Part shown: positions 1-9,250 of the stretch, in pieces
How positions within the stretch are numbered: position 1 is the first letter of the stretch
Layout: every line of letters begins with the position of its first letter
Assembly (NCBI RefSeq): GCF_044792175.1
Contig: NZ_CP172866.1
Direction: 5' to 3' (one strand)
DNA: 64,000 nt
Source: Corallococcus coralloides
GTDB lineage: Bacteria; Myxococcota; Myxococcia; Myxococcales; Myxococcaceae
The notes under the pieces: generated by a model
Told to the model about the DNA's origin: nothing
Database searches by the model: none
Seen by the model: the letters and a program-made list of their open reading frames with translations, nothing else
Position numbers and translations under genes: made by a program

Positions 1-1242
1 CGCGGAGATGCTCGCCGTCTGGGGGCGCTGGAAGTTGATGACGCCCAGGAGCGTGTCCGCGTGCACCATGGGCACCGCCAGCAGCGAGCCCTGCTCCGAG
101 CCGCCGCGCAGCCCGCGCCGCGCGAAGATGCTGGTGCTGTCCGTGAGGTCCGGCAGGTACACCGCCTTGCGCGCCTGGGCGGCCCGGCCGCACGCGCCCT
201 CGCCCATGGCGAAGGTGTGGCCCTCCAGGCCCCGGCCCTGCGGCCACGCGTGCTTCACCTCCAGCAGGCCCTCCTCGTTGAGGAGCATGATGGAGAAGTC
301 CGGGATGTGCAGCCGCTCCACCACCATGCGGGTGATGCGAGAGAGCAGTTCGTCCAGCTCCAGCGTGGTGTTGAGCGAGCGGGCCACGTCGAACAGCAGC
401 GACAGCTCCGTCAGGCGCTCCTCCAGCTCGTCCTTCAGCGCCAGCTTCTCCTTCACCAGTTGCAGGTCGCGGTGCGTGTCGATCTCCTCCACCTTCATGG
501 AGGTGAGCCGCGCGAGCATCCCGTTGAAGGCCGCGCCCAGCCGCGAGATTTCATCCGTGCCCCGGGCCTCCGCGCGCACCAGCAGGTCGCCGTCCGCCGC
601 GCGGCCCATGGCCTCGCTCAGCCGCTTGAGCGGCGCGGTGAGCACGAAGCGCAGGGACAGCCAGGTGACGAGCCCCAGGATGCCCACGAAGAGCACCATG
701 GCGCCCAGCGCGTCCTGGAACACCGTCTGGAGCTGGCGCGTCAGCGCGGGCTCGCCCAGGCGCACCTCGAGGACGCCCATGCGCTGCGCGGCCTCGCCGG
801 TGTGACAGCCGGAGCACTCCGGACCGCCCAGGGGCCGCACCACCTCCGTGCCGTGCTCGCTGGAGCGCGCCGTCTCCGGCCCCGTCGCGGACAGCCGCGC
901 GGCCTCCGGGTGCGGGTGGCCCTGCTCGGCCGGCCGCCGGCTCCAGCGGATGCGCCCGTCCGGCGTCAGGACGCGCACGTCCTCCACGGAGCGGAACAGC
1001 CGCGTGTCCGACGCCAGCACGTCCGCGACCGCGCCATGCGGTGCCGCGCCCGGCGCCTGCGGCAGCGTGAAGGTGGAGGCGACGGCCTCCGCCAGCGCGA
1101 GCGCCTCCAGGTGCGTGCCTTCCCGCACCGCCTGCCGCGCCTCGCGCGAGAAGTGCCCCACGCCCAGGAGCGCCACCACCAACCCGGGCAGCGCGATGCT
1201 CCACAAGAGCTTCCTGCCAATCGTCTCGGAACCGAGGGCCAT
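1..1242 (-). CDS. Signal-transduction sensor protein, partial. It has an N-terminal TM/periplasmic region, a HAMP domain and a GAF domain. The C-terminus runs off the window start.
   Basis: Reverse-strand translation reads MALGSETIGRKLLWSIALPGLVVALLGV...MGVLEVRLGEPALTRQLQTVFQDALGAMVLFVGILGLVTWLSLRFVLTAPLKRLSEAMGRAADGDLLVRAEARGTDEISRLGAAFNGMLARLTSMKVEEIDTHRDLQL...GAF-like LLNEEGLLEVKHAWPQGRGLEGHTFAMGEGACGRAAQ. The ORF is missing from the track because it runs off the window edge. The start codon is at 1240-1242. Confidence 0.6.
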   Translation of the reverse strand, partial: MALGSETIGRKLLWSIALPGLVVALLGVGHFSREARQAVREGTHLEALALAEAVASTFTLPQAPGAAPHGAVADVLASDTRLFRSVEDVRVLTPDGRIRWSRRPAEQGHPHPEAARLSATGPETARSSEHGTEVVRPLGGPECSGCHTGEAAQRMGVLEVRLGEPALTRQLQTVFQDALGAMVLFVGILGLVTWLSLRFVLTAPLKRLSEAMGRAADGDLLVRAEARGTDEISRLGAAFNGMLARLTSMKVEEIDTHRDLQLVKEKLALKDELEERLTELSLLFDVARSLNTTLELDELLSRITRMVVERLHIPDFSIMLLNEEGLLEVKHAWPQGRGLEGHTFAMGEGACGRAAQARKAVYLPDLTDSTSIFARRGLRGGSEQGSLLAVPMVHADTLLGVINFQRPQTASISA

Positions 1243-1457
1243 GTGCGGGGCGCAGTGTGCTTCGTGCTCTCGCGTTCTGTCCGCGAGTCACGGAGTGTTG
1301 AAAATTGTCAGGTGCGTGACACGCCCTGTCAAACGTACCGGCGTCGAAATATTGAAACGGGGGTGTTGTTCCCCGGCATGTTCCTGTTTTCACGGGCTGT
1401 ACCCGTGGCACGGTGTGGGTACTCCCGAAGCCGCCTCCCGAAAGAGGAGTTCCGCCC

Positions 1458-2216
1458 ATGAGCCCGCCCGTGTTCCTCACCTCCGCGCTGCTGCCGGTGC
1501 CGCACGGCTTCGCCACGCGCGCGGGTGGGGTGTCCGAAGGGCCCTACGCGTCGCTGAACCTGGGCTTCTCCGTGGGGGACGAGCGCCCCCGCGTGGAGGA
1601 GAACCACCGCCGGCTGGCCCAGGCCGCGGGCGGGCGCCTGGGCGCGCTCTGCCGGGTGTCCCAGGTGCACGGCGACACGGTGCTGGAGGCGCGCGGCGAG
1701 GCCGACGACGTGCTGCGCCCGACGCTGGGCGAGGCGGACGCGCTGTGGACGGAAGGGGAGGGAAGCTGGGTGGCGGTGGGCACCGCGGACTGCGTGCCGG
1801 TGCTGATCGTGGATCCGCGAGCCCGGCGCGTGGCGGCGGTGCACTCCGGATGGAAGGGCACGGACCTGGAGATCAGCGCCCGCACGGTGGAGGCGCTGGT
1901 GGCGAAGGGCAGCCGGCCGGAGGACCTGGTGGCGGCGGTGGGCCCCTGCATCCAGGCGTGCTGCTACGAGGTCTCCCCGGAGCTGGGCGACCGCTTCCGC
2001 GCGCGCTTCGGCCCGGAGGTCGTCCGCGCAGGGACGAGGCCCCACCTGGACCTGCCACGCGCGGTGAGGGCGTCCCTGCGGAAGGCGGGCCTCGGGCCGG
2101 AGCGCGTGGACGTGCTACAGGCCTGTACGGCGTGTGATCCGGACCGGTTCTTCTCCCACCGCCGGGACGCGGGCCGCACCGGGCGTCACCTCAACTACGT
2201 GCTGCACCGCTTCTAG
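1458..2216 (+). CDS. pgeF: YfiH/PgeF family protein (peptidoglycan editing factor / purine nucleoside phosphorylase, DUF152)
   Basis: MSPPVFLTSALLPVPHGFATRAGGVSEGPYASLNLGF...AVGTADCVPVLIVD...AAVHSGWKG is the typical YfiH motif set. The start was moved to the internal ATG at 1458. Confidence 0.8.
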   Translation: MSPPVFLTSALLPVPHGFATRAGGVSEGPYASLNLGFSVGDERPRVEENHRRLAQAAGGRLGALCRVSQVHGDTVLEARGEADDVLRPTLGEADALWTEGEGSWVAVGTADCVPVLIVDPRARRVAAVHSGWKGTDLEISARTVEALVAKGSRPEDLVAAVGPCIQACCYEVSPELGDRFRARFGPEVVRAGTRPHLDLPRAVRASLRKAGLGPERVDVLQACTACDPDRFFSHRRDAGRTGRHLNYVLHRF

Positions 2217-2274
2217 CGGAGGGCCCGTGGGGTCGTTTTCTTGACGGTCTCCGACCGGCCTTCCTATCCTCGAC

Positions 2275-3171
2275 GTGGAATTCCCTCCGTCCAGGCTCGT
2301 GCCGGTGCGTCCCTTCCTCTTCCGCCTGTTTGCCGCCGTCGCGCTGTCCGCGCCGACCGCCTGCGCCACCACCGCTGCCTCGCAGACGGAAGTGGGCCGG
2401 CTGGAGGCGGAGGTGCGCACGCTGCGCGCGTCCCAGGCGTCGCTGCTGGAGCGCCTGGAGCGGCTGGAGAACCGCGACGCCGTCGCCCGCGCCCGGAGCG
2501 CCGCCCCGGCCCCCGCCGCGAAACCCGCCGCCCCCGCCAGCGCGAAGCCGGAGGCCGCCTCGGCGGAGCCGGGCGAGGCGCTGAGCCTGGCGCCGGCGGA
2601 GCTGACGGTGGTGCGGCTCAAGCCGAAGAAGGAGCCCGCGCCGCGCATCAACACGGCCGTGGCGGTGGTGGAGCCGGACGCGGACCAGATGGAGATGTTC
2701 ATCTCCCCGGTGGAGGGCTCGTCCGGCACCGGCTCGGTCGGCTCGCTCAGCGCCTCGACCGCCGCCCGCATGGAGCCGCCGGAGAAGGATCCGGACATCC
2801 TCGACGCCGAGTACGAGCGCGCGGTGGCCATGCTGCGCACCGGCAACGTGGAGGGCGGCGTGGAGCAGCTCACGCGCTTCGCGGCGGAGAACCCGCGCCA
2901 CCCCCGCGCCGACAACGCCCTGTACTTCAGCGGCCTGGGCCAGATGGGCCTCCAGGATCCGACGGGCGCGGCGAAGACGTTCGAACGGCTCATCAAGACC
3001 TACCCCGCCGGGGACGCCGTCCAGGACGGCATGCTCCGGCTCGCGGAGTGCCGGGTGCGGCTGAACCAGGCCGTGGATGCCCGTGCCCTCTATACCCGCG
3101 TCGTCACCCAGTTCCCGGGGACGGCCGCCGCCACGCAGGCGGAGCAGCGGCTCGCCGCGCTCTCGCCGTAA
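2275..3171 (+). CDS. YbgF/CpoB-like periplasmic protein with an N-terminal coiled coil and C-terminal TPR repeats
   Basis: It has a signal-like N-terminus, a coiled-coil (EVGRLEAEVRTLRASQASLLERLERLENR), an Ala/Pro linker and a C-terminal TPR-like region (NALYFSGLGQMGLQDPTGAAKTFERLIKTYPAGDAVQDGMLRLAECRVRLNQAVDARALYTRVV). The start is GTG at 2275; an alternative GTG lies at 2305. Confidence 0.6.
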   Translation: MEFPPSRLVPVRPFLFRLFAAVALSAPTACATTAASQTEVGRLEAEVRTLRASQASLLERLERLENRDAVARARSAAPAPAAKPAAPASAKPEAASAEPGEALSLAPAELTVVRLKPKKEPAPRINTAVAVVEPDADQMEMFISPVEGSSGTGSVGSLSASTAARMEPPEKDPDILDAEYERAVAMLRTGNVEGGVEQLTRFAAENPRHPRADNALYFSGLGQMGLQDPTGAAKTFERLIKTYPAGDAVQDGMLRLAECRVRLNQAVDARALYTRVVTQFPGTAAATQAEQRLAALSP

Positions 3172-3198
3172 GCCCTTTTTGTGAAAGGACGTCGTCCG

Positions 3199-4413
3199 AT
3201 GCGCTCCCGGATCCTCGCCTCCCTGCTCGTGCCCCTCACCGTCGCGCCGGCATGGACGGCTTTCGCCCAGGACGCGCAGGAGGAGGAGTCCCAGCCGTCC
3301 TCCGAGACGGAGGGGCAGGACATCTCCGACGACGTGGAGCAGCGCCCCACCTCCGTCGCGCTGCCGCCCGGCGCCCCGCAGGGCCGTGAGAGCGCGCCCG
3401 GCCAGGTGCACACCGTGGAGACGGGCGACACGCTGTGGGACCTGTCCCAGCGCTACCTGGGCAGCCCCTGGTACTGGCCCAAGGTCTGGTCCTACAACCC
3501 GCAGATCGCCAACCCGCACTGGATCTACCCGGGCAACAACGTGAAGTTCTTCGCCGGCGGCGAGGAGGTCCCCGCGCGCGTGGAGGGCGGCGACCTGCCC
3601 TCGGATGACGTGGCGGCGCCCACGGACGTGAGCGGCGGCAGCCTGGTGTCGGTGGTCGGGAAGATCGGCTTCGACCCGTCCAAGTCCAGCCCGGTGACGA
3701 CCAAGGGCTTCGTGACGACGCGCGAGCTGGACGAGGCGGGCCGCATCGAGGGCTCGACCTCCGAGGCGCTGATGCTCTCCGCCCCGGAGAAGGTCTACCT
3801 GCGCTTCAAGAAGCGCGGCGCCGCCAAGATTGGCGACCGCTACGTCATCTTCCACACCGTGGAAGAGGTGAAGCACCCCATCACCAACGCGCGCACGGGC
3901 TACCTCACGGAGCTGCTGGGCACGGTGCAGGTCGTCTCCATCCACAACGACGTGGTCACCGCGCGCATCACGGAGACGTGGGACCCCATCGCCCGCGGCG
4001 ACCTGGTGGGCCCCTCCAGCGAGAAGCTGACGGAGCGCGTCGCCCCCAAGCCCAACAGCAAGGAGATCCCCGGCTACGTGCTCACGCCGATGACGCCGGG
4101 CCAGACGCTGCTGGGCGAGCACAACTTCGTCGTGGTGGACCGCGGCACCGCGGACGGCGTGCAGGTGGGCAACACCTTCACCATCGAGCGCCGCGGCGAC
4201 CCCAGCAAGGACGTGCTGGGCCGCGGCGACTACAAGATGGGCGACGCGGGCAAGGAGCAGAAGGCCTACCCCTGGGAGGCCGTGGCCCAGTGCATGGTCA
4301 CGGAAGTGCGCGAGCGCACCTCCAACTGCCTGATGGTCCGCTCCCTGGTGGAGGTCTCCGCTGGCGACCGCGCCACCATGCGCAAGGACGGGACGCCCAC
4401 CGCCAGCCGCTGA
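3199..4413 (+). CDS. LysM peptidoglycan-binding domain protein (secreted)
   Basis: It has a signal peptide (MRSRILASLLVPLTVAPAWTAFAQD) and a LysM motif (HTVETGDTLWDLSQRYLGSPWYWPKVWSYNPQIANPHWIYPGNNV). ATG 3199 is preceded by an AAAGGA Shine-Dalgarno; the track frame starts at GTG 3181. Confidence 0.8.
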   Translation: MRSRILASLLVPLTVAPAWTAFAQDAQEEESQPSSETEGQDISDDVEQRPTSVALPPGAPQGRESAPGQVHTVETGDTLWDLSQRYLGSPWYWPKVWSYNPQIANPHWIYPGNNVKFFAGGEEVPARVEGGDLPSDDVAAPTDVSGGSLVSVVGKIGFDPSKSSPVTTKGFVTTRELDEAGRIEGSTSEALMLSAPEKVYLRFKKRGAAKIGDRYVIFHTVEEVKHPITNARTGYLTELLGTVQVVSIHNDVVTARITETWDPIARGDLVGPSSEKLTERVAPKPNSKEIPGYVLTPMTPGQTLLGEHNFVVVDRGTADGVQVGNTFTIERRGDPSKDVLGRGDYKMGDAGKEQKAYPWEAVAQCMVTEVRERTSNCLMVRSLVEVSAGDRATMRKDGTPTASR

Positions 4414-4433
4414 ACGAAGGCGCTGAACCGGCA

Positions 4434-4448
4434 GGAATGCTGCATTCC
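4434..4448. promoter_or_regulatory. 15-bp perfect palindrome GGAATGCTGCATTCC between the LysM gene and dprA
   Basis: Direct reading of the sequence at 4434-4448. It sits immediately upstream of a stem-loop. Confidence 0.3.
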
Positions 4449-4471
4449 GACCCGCCCGGGAAGGGCGGGTC
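4449..4471 (+). terminator. GC-rich hairpin GACCCGCCC-GGGAA-GGGCGGGTC downstream of the LysM gene (no U-tract)
   Basis: A perfect 9-bp stem with a 5-nt loop seen in the sequence. It is followed by TTGACC...TATGTG, a possible dprA promoter. Confidence 0.4.
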
Positions 4472-4554
4472 GCTTGACCCCCGAAGAACCGGTGTTATGT
4501 GTCACGCCCCTCCCGGGACCACCTCTATATAGGTGGGAAACAGGCGGGGACGGC

Positions 4555-5685
4555 ATGGCGGACACGAACACGGACACACACCTCCACTGGGACGAGCAGC
4601 GCGCCACCCTGGCGCTCTGGGCCATTGCCGGCCTGGGGCCCCGGACGTTGGACGCCGTGCGCGCGTTCGCCGGTGGGGCGCTGTCCCGGCTCGCGGCCGC
4701 GCCCGTGCGGGACTGGGTGGTGGACGTCCCCGTGCCCGCGACCGTCCGCCAGCGGCTGGCCACCGTCGCATCGCTGGACGCCCTGGCGTCCCGGACGGAG
4801 GAGGCCTGTGCCCGGGCGGGCCTCCAGGTGGCCTTCGCGGGCTCGCCGGCCTATCCCGCCCGGCTGGTGGGGCTGGAGGACGCGCCCCCGCTGCTCTTCT
4901 ACCTGGGCACCCCCGGGCCTCCCCGGCGCAGGCTGGCCATGGTGGGCAGCCGCCATCCGGACCAGGGCTTCCTGCCGTTCGCGCGCACGTTCGCCCGGAA
5001 GGTGGCGGAGGCCGGGGTGGGGGTGGTGTCCGGCGCGGCGGAGGGCGTGGACCGGGCCTGTCATTGGGGCGCCATGGACGTGGGCGCGGAGACGTGGGCC
5101 TTCCTGGGCTCCGCGCTGGACGCGCTGGACCCCGCGCAGGCCCGCCTGCTGCCCCACTTCCTGGAGCGGGGCGGGGTGTACTTCAGCGAGCTGCCGCCTG
5201 GGGTCCGGGCGAGCACGACGACCTTCCCCCGGCGCAACCGGCTCATCGCTGGCGCGTCGGACGCGGTGCTGGTGATGCGGGCGGGGGAGGGGTCCGGGGC
5301 CCTGTACACGGCGGAGGCGGCGCGGGCGCAGGGCCGGCCGGTGTTCGCCCTGCCCGGGGACGTGTGGCAGCCGGCCGCGGCGGGCGGCAACGCCCTGCTG
5401 GCGGACGGGCGGGCCCGCGCATGCACGTCCGCGGAATCGATTTGTGCGGTGGTGGGCGTTCACCCGGTCCGTGCGGTGCCCGCGGGGCGGGACGGTGGGT
5501 GGTGGGAGGCGCTGTCGGTGGAAGCGCGCGGGGCCTATGGGCTGTTGGACCGGGTTCCCCGTTCGTTCGACGAGGTGCTCGCCGCAAGCACGCTGTCACC
5601 CGCGGCGCTCACGAGCGCCCTGGTGGAGTTGGAATTGTCGGGGCTGGTGGTCCAGCACCCGGGTAAACGGTACGAGAAGGTCTAG
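4555..5685 (+). CDS. dprA: DNA processing protein DprA/Smf
   Basis: LFYLGTPGPPRRRLAMVGSRHPDQGFLPFARTFARKVAEAGVGVVSGAAEGVDRACHWGAMDVGAETWAFLGSALD...RRNRLIAGASDAVLVMRAGEGSGALYTAEAARAQGRPVFALPGD. It lies immediately upstream of topA, which is the conserved smf-topA arrangement. Confidence 0.85.
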   Translation: MADTNTDTHLHWDEQRATLALWAIAGLGPRTLDAVRAFAGGALSRLAAAPVRDWVVDVPVPATVRQRLATVASLDALASRTEEACARAGLQVAFAGSPAYPARLVGLEDAPPLLFYLGTPGPPRRRLAMVGSRHPDQGFLPFARTFARKVAEAGVGVVSGAAEGVDRACHWGAMDVGAETWAFLGSALDALDPAQARLLPHFLERGGVYFSELPPGVRASTTTFPRRNRLIAGASDAVLVMRAGEGSGALYTAEAARAQGRPVFALPGDVWQPAAAGGNALLADGRARACTSAESICAVVGVHPVRAVPAGRDGGWWEALSVEARGAYGLLDRVPRSFDEVLAASTLSPAALTSALVELELSGLVVQHPGKRYEKV

Positions 5686-5708
5686 AGGCAGTTCGAGGTA
5701 GGAGAGCC

Positions 5709-8303
5709 ATGGCCACGCGGAAGAAGACACAGGCGGCGCAGACGGAGGCGGCGGCGGAGGAGACGCCCAAGAAGGCGGCTGCGAAGAAGCCGGCGGCCAA
5801 GAAGGCGGCCAAGAAGAAGACGGCGGCCAAGAAGGTCACCGCCAAGAAGAAGACGGCGGCCCGCCGCCGTGGCGCGGACGCCGACGAGCTCCCCACCGTG
5901 GACGCGGACGCGGACGCCGAAGAAGAGGTGCCCGAGCGCCGTGGCAAGGGCCCGCACTACCTGGTGGTCGTGGAGTCGCCCGCCAAGGCGAAGACCATCA
6001 AGAAGTACCTGGGCTCCGGCTACACCGTGAAGGCCTCCGTGGGCCACGTGAAGGACCTGCCCAAGAGCAAGATCGGCGTCGACGTGGAGGACGACTTCAA
6101 GCCCGAGTACACGGTCATCAAGGGCAAGGAGAAGGTCCTCAACGAGCTGAAGAAGATGGCCAAGACGGTGGACCGCGTCTTCCTGGCGACGGACCCCGAC
6201 CGCGAGGGCGAGGCCATCGCCTGGCACATCAAGGAGGAGCTGGGCCACCCGGACTCCCTGCGGGTGACCTTCAACGAGATCACCAAGCGCGCCGTGCAGG
6301 ACGCCATCGCGCAGCCGCGGGAGCTCAACCAGGACAACTACGACTCGCAGCAGACCCGCCGCATCCTCGACCGGCTCGTCGGCTATCAAATCTCGCCGCT
6401 GCTCTGGAAGAAGATCCGCCGGGGCCTGTCCGCCGGCCGCGTGCAGTCCGTGGCGGTGCGCCTGATTGTGGAGCGCGAGGCGGAGATCAAGGCCTTCCAG
6501 CCCGAGGAGTACTGGACGCTGGACGCGCTGGTGCAGGGCCCGCAGGGGCCGCCGCCCTTCAAGGCGAAGCTGTCCCGCGTGGACGGCAAGAAGGTGGAGC
6601 TCAAGGACCGCGCCACCACGGACGGGCTCGTCGCGGAGCTGAAGGACGCCCCCTTCACCGTGACGAAGGTGGACCGCAAGGAGCGCCGCCGCAACGCGCC
6701 CGCGCCCTTCATCACCTCCAAGCTCCAGCAGGAGGCGGCGAACCGGCTGCACTTCACCGCTAAGAAGACGATGACGCTGGCGCAGAAGCTGTACGAAGGC
6801 GTGCCGCTGGGCGAGGAGGGCCAGACGGCGCTCATCACGTACATGCGTACGGACTCCACGCGTCTGTCCGACGACGCCGTGACGCAGGTGCGCGAGTTCA
6901 TCGGGCAGAAGTACGGCGCGGACTACCTGCCGCCCGAGCCCATGGTCTACAAGAGCCGCAAGAGCGCCCAGGACGCGCACGAGGCCATCCGCCCCACGTC
7001 CCTGGAGTACCCGCCCGAGCGCGTGAAGGCCTTCTTCGAGGCCATGGACGAGCTGGACATGTTCCGGCTCTACGAACTCATCTGGAACCGCTTCGTCGCG
7101 TGCCAGATGAAGCCCGCCGTCTACGATCAGACGGCCGCGGACATCACCGCGGGCCGCGCCACCTTCCGCGCGTCCGGCAGCACGCTGAAGTTCCCCGGCT
7201 ACCTGGGCGTCTACGGCGCCGGCCTCACGCCGGAGGAGGAGGCCGCGGCGGAGAAGGCCAAGGCCGCCGGTGAGGAGGGCGCCGAGGACGTGGTGGGCGA
7301 GCTGCCCCCGCTCAACGAGGGCGAGGTCCTCACGCTGGACAAGCTGCTCAACGAGCAGCACTTCACCCAGCCGCCCCCGCGCTTCAGCGAGGCCACGCTG
7401 GTGAAGGAGCTGGAGGAGCGCGGTATCGGGCGTCCGTCCACGTACGCGGCCATCCTCTCCAACATCCAGGACAAGAAGTACGTGGAGAAGCTGGAGAGCC
7501 GCTTCCGCCCCACCGACCTGGGGCAGATGACCAACGAGCTGCTGGTGAAGCACTTCCCCCATGAGCTGGACGTGTCGTTCACGGCCAGCATGGAGGAGAA
7601 GCTGGACCAGATCTCCGACGGCGGCGCGTCCTGGAAGACGGTGCTGCACGACTTCTACGGCCCCTTCAAGGAGACCCTGGAGAAGGCCGAAGCGGAGATG
7701 CGCGACGTCAAGCGCGAGGAGATCAAGACCGACATCGCCTGCGAGAAGTGCGGCAACCCGTTCGTCATCAAGTTCGGGAAGATGGGCCACTTCCTCGCCT
7801 GCTCGAACTACCCCGACTGCAAGAACACCAAGGACTTCAAGCGGGACGCCGAGGGCAAGATCGTCATCGTGGAGGAGGAGACCACGGACGAGAAGTGCGA
7901 GAAGTGCGGCAAGCCCATGGTCATCAAGCGCGGCCGGTTCGGGCGCTTCATGGCGTGCTCGGGCTACCCGGACTGCAAGACGTCCAAGCCCATCTCCATT
8001 GGCGTCAACTGCCCGGAGTGCAAGGTGGGCTACCTCACCGAGCGCCGCAGCGGCCGCGGGAAGATCTTCTTCGGCTGCAACCGGTATCCGGAGTGCAAGT
8101 TCGCCGCGTGGGACCGGCCGCTGGCGGAGCAGTGCCCCCAGTGCGCGTCGCCCTACCTGCTGCAGAAGTTCTCCAAGCGGGACGGCGCCTACATCGCCTG
8201 CCCCAACAAGGAGTGCGACTACCGCCGCGAGGTGGTGGAGCCCGCCATTCCGGGGGCTTCCGCGGAGGCCGCGCCCGCTCCCACGCCCAGCGTGGAAGCC
8301 TGA
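5709..8303 (+). CDS. topA: DNA topoisomerase I with a Lys/Ala-rich N-terminal extension and C-terminal zinc ribbons
   Basis: LVVVESPAKAKTIKKYLG...DREGEAIAWHI... plus C4 zinc-ribbon repeats (CEKCGNPF, CEKCGKPM, CPECKVGY, CPQCASPY). Confidence 0.95.
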   Translation: MATRKKTQAAQTEAAAEETPKKAAAKKPAAKKAAKKKTAAKKVTAKKKTAARRRGADADELPTVDADADAEEEVPERRGKGPHYLVVVESPAKAKTIKKYLGSGYTVKASVGHVKDLPKSKIGVDVEDDFKPEYTVIKGKEKVLNELKKMAKTVDRVFLATDPDREGEAIAWHIKEELGHPDSLRVTFNEITKRAVQDAIAQPRELNQDNYDSQQTRRILDRLVGYQISPLLWKKIRRGLSAGRVQSVAVRLIVEREAEIKAFQPEEYWTLDALVQGPQGPPPFKAKLSRVDGKKVELKDRATTDGLVAELKDAPFTVTKVDRKERRRNAPAPFITSKLQQEAANRLHFTAKKTMTLAQKLYEGVPLGEEGQTALITYMRTDSTRLSDDAVTQVREFIGQKYGADYLPPEPMVYKSRKSAQDAHEAIRPTSLEYPPERVKAFFEAMDELDMFRLYELIWNRFVACQMKPAVYDQTAADITAGRATFRASGSTLKFPGYLGVYGAGLTPEEEAAAEKAKAAGEEGAEDVVGELPPLNEGEVLTLDKLLNEQHFTQPPPRFSEATLVKELEERGIGRPSTYAAILSNIQDKKYVEKLESRFRPTDLGQMTNELLVKHFPHELDVSFTASMEEKLDQISDGGASWKTVLHDFYGPFKETLEKAEAEMRDVKREEIKTDIACEKCGNPFVIKFGKMGHFLACSNYPDCKNTKDFKRDAEGKIVIVEEETTDEKCEKCGKPMVIKRGRFGRFMACSGYPDCKTSKPISIGVNCPECKVGYLTERRSGRGKIFFGCNRYPECKFAAWDRPLAEQCPQCASPYLLQKFSKRDGAYIACPNKECDYRREVVEPAIPGASAEAAPAPTPSVEA

Positions 8304-8321
8304 GCGCAAAAGCCCAGTCAT

Positions 8322-8347
8322 TCCAGGGGGGTAGGCTCCGCCCCCTG
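8322..8347 (+). terminator. Hairpin CCAGGGGG-(10 nt)-CCCCCTGG right after the topA stop
   Basis: An inverted repeat seen in the sequence 15 nt after the topA stop. It is followed by TTGACA (8349-8354), a candidate -35 for the MotA-like gene. Confidence 0.4.
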
Positions 8348-8466
8348 GCTTGACACCCTCGCGGGCGAAGTCCTAGAAGTCCGGATTGCTCCCGGCCCAC
8401 CCGCATGCCCCCTGCCCGTTTCGCGGCAGGGGTGCGCGCGGGGGCAGCGAAAGGACGCGGTCCGCG

Positions 8467-9222
8467 ATGATTCCCTCCATGAACGAGTTGCTGCGTGTGG
8501 TGGTGGCCGAGGCCGCTCCCGCCGCGGCGGGCCATGCCTCTTCGGGAGGCCTGGGGGACTTCATCGTCGGCGCGTTCAAGGCCGGCGGTCCGTTCATGTT
8601 CGTGAACCTGTTCTGGCTGGCGGCGTCGCTGGCGGTGATTGGCGAGCGCGCGGTGACGCTGCTCTACCGCTACCGCCTCAACGCGACGGCGTTCATCGAG
8701 CAGGTCCACAAGATGGTCCGCAGCGGCAACCTGGACCGCGCGGTGAAGTTCTGCGGCATGGCGCCGCGCTCGCCCCTGGCCCGCGTCATCCGCGCGGGGC
8801 TCATCAACGCGAACCGGGGGGAGCTGGAGGTGGCCAAGGCGGTGGAGGAGGCGCTGGCGGAGTACACGCCGCACGTGTCGCGCCGGGTGCAGTGGCTGTG
8901 GTCGCTCGCGAACATCGCGACGCTGGTGGGCCTGGTGGGCACCATCGTGGGCCTCATCGGCACCTTCCGCGCGCTGGGCAACGTGCCGGCGGAGCAGAAG
9001 CAGGCGCTGCTCTCCAACGGCATCTCGGAGGCCATGTACAACACGGGCTTCGGCCTCTCCATCGCGGTGCTGTGCATCGTGTCGCACCTGTTCTTCAGCA
9101 ACTACGCCAAGAACATGGTGGAGCTGGTGGAGCTCAACGCGCTGAAGCTGGAGAACCTCCTGTCGCGCCGGGGCTCGCTGGAAGTCGTCCCCGCGGACTC
9201 CGACGTCCGCGCCGCGTCTTGA
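8467..9222 (+). CDS. MotA/TolQ/ExbB family proton-channel protein
   Basis: Three TM helices and the typical motif LANIATLVGLVGTIVGLIGTFRALG...LSNGISEAMYNTGFGLSIAV. The start was moved to ATG 8467. Confidence 0.85.
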   Translation: MIPSMNELLRVVVAEAAPAAAGHASSGGLGDFIVGAFKAGGPFMFVNLFWLAASLAVIGERAVTLLYRYRLNATAFIEQVHKMVRSGNLDRAVKFCGMAPRSPLARVIRAGLINANRGELEVAKAVEEALAEYTPHVSRRVQWLWSLANIATLVGLVGTIVGLIGTFRALGNVPAEQKQALLSNGISEAMYNTGFGLSIAVLCIVSHLFFSNYAKNMVELVELNALKLENLLSRRGSLEVVPADSDVRAAS

Positions 9223-9250
9223 ACCGCGCTGCACGGGCCACGGACACGCC

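Noticed and set aside
61-1461. 466-aa plus-strand ORF and overlapping 321/429-aa ORFs at the window start
   Set aside because: The translations are Arg/Ala/Gly/Pro/His low-complexity strings. They are antisense or out of frame to a minus-strand gene with clear HAMP and GAF motifs. Long stop-free junk frames are expected at ~70% GC.
2191-4122. 643-aa minus-strand ORF
   Set aside because: It is antisense to the YbgF-like and LysM genes, whose translations have a signal peptide, coiled coil and LysM motif. The minus-frame product is RG-rich low complexity.
5682-8321. 879-aa minus-strand ORF covering topA
   Set aside because: It is the antisense frame of an unmistakable topoisomerase I gene, and its composition is dominated by L/A/R/G/V.
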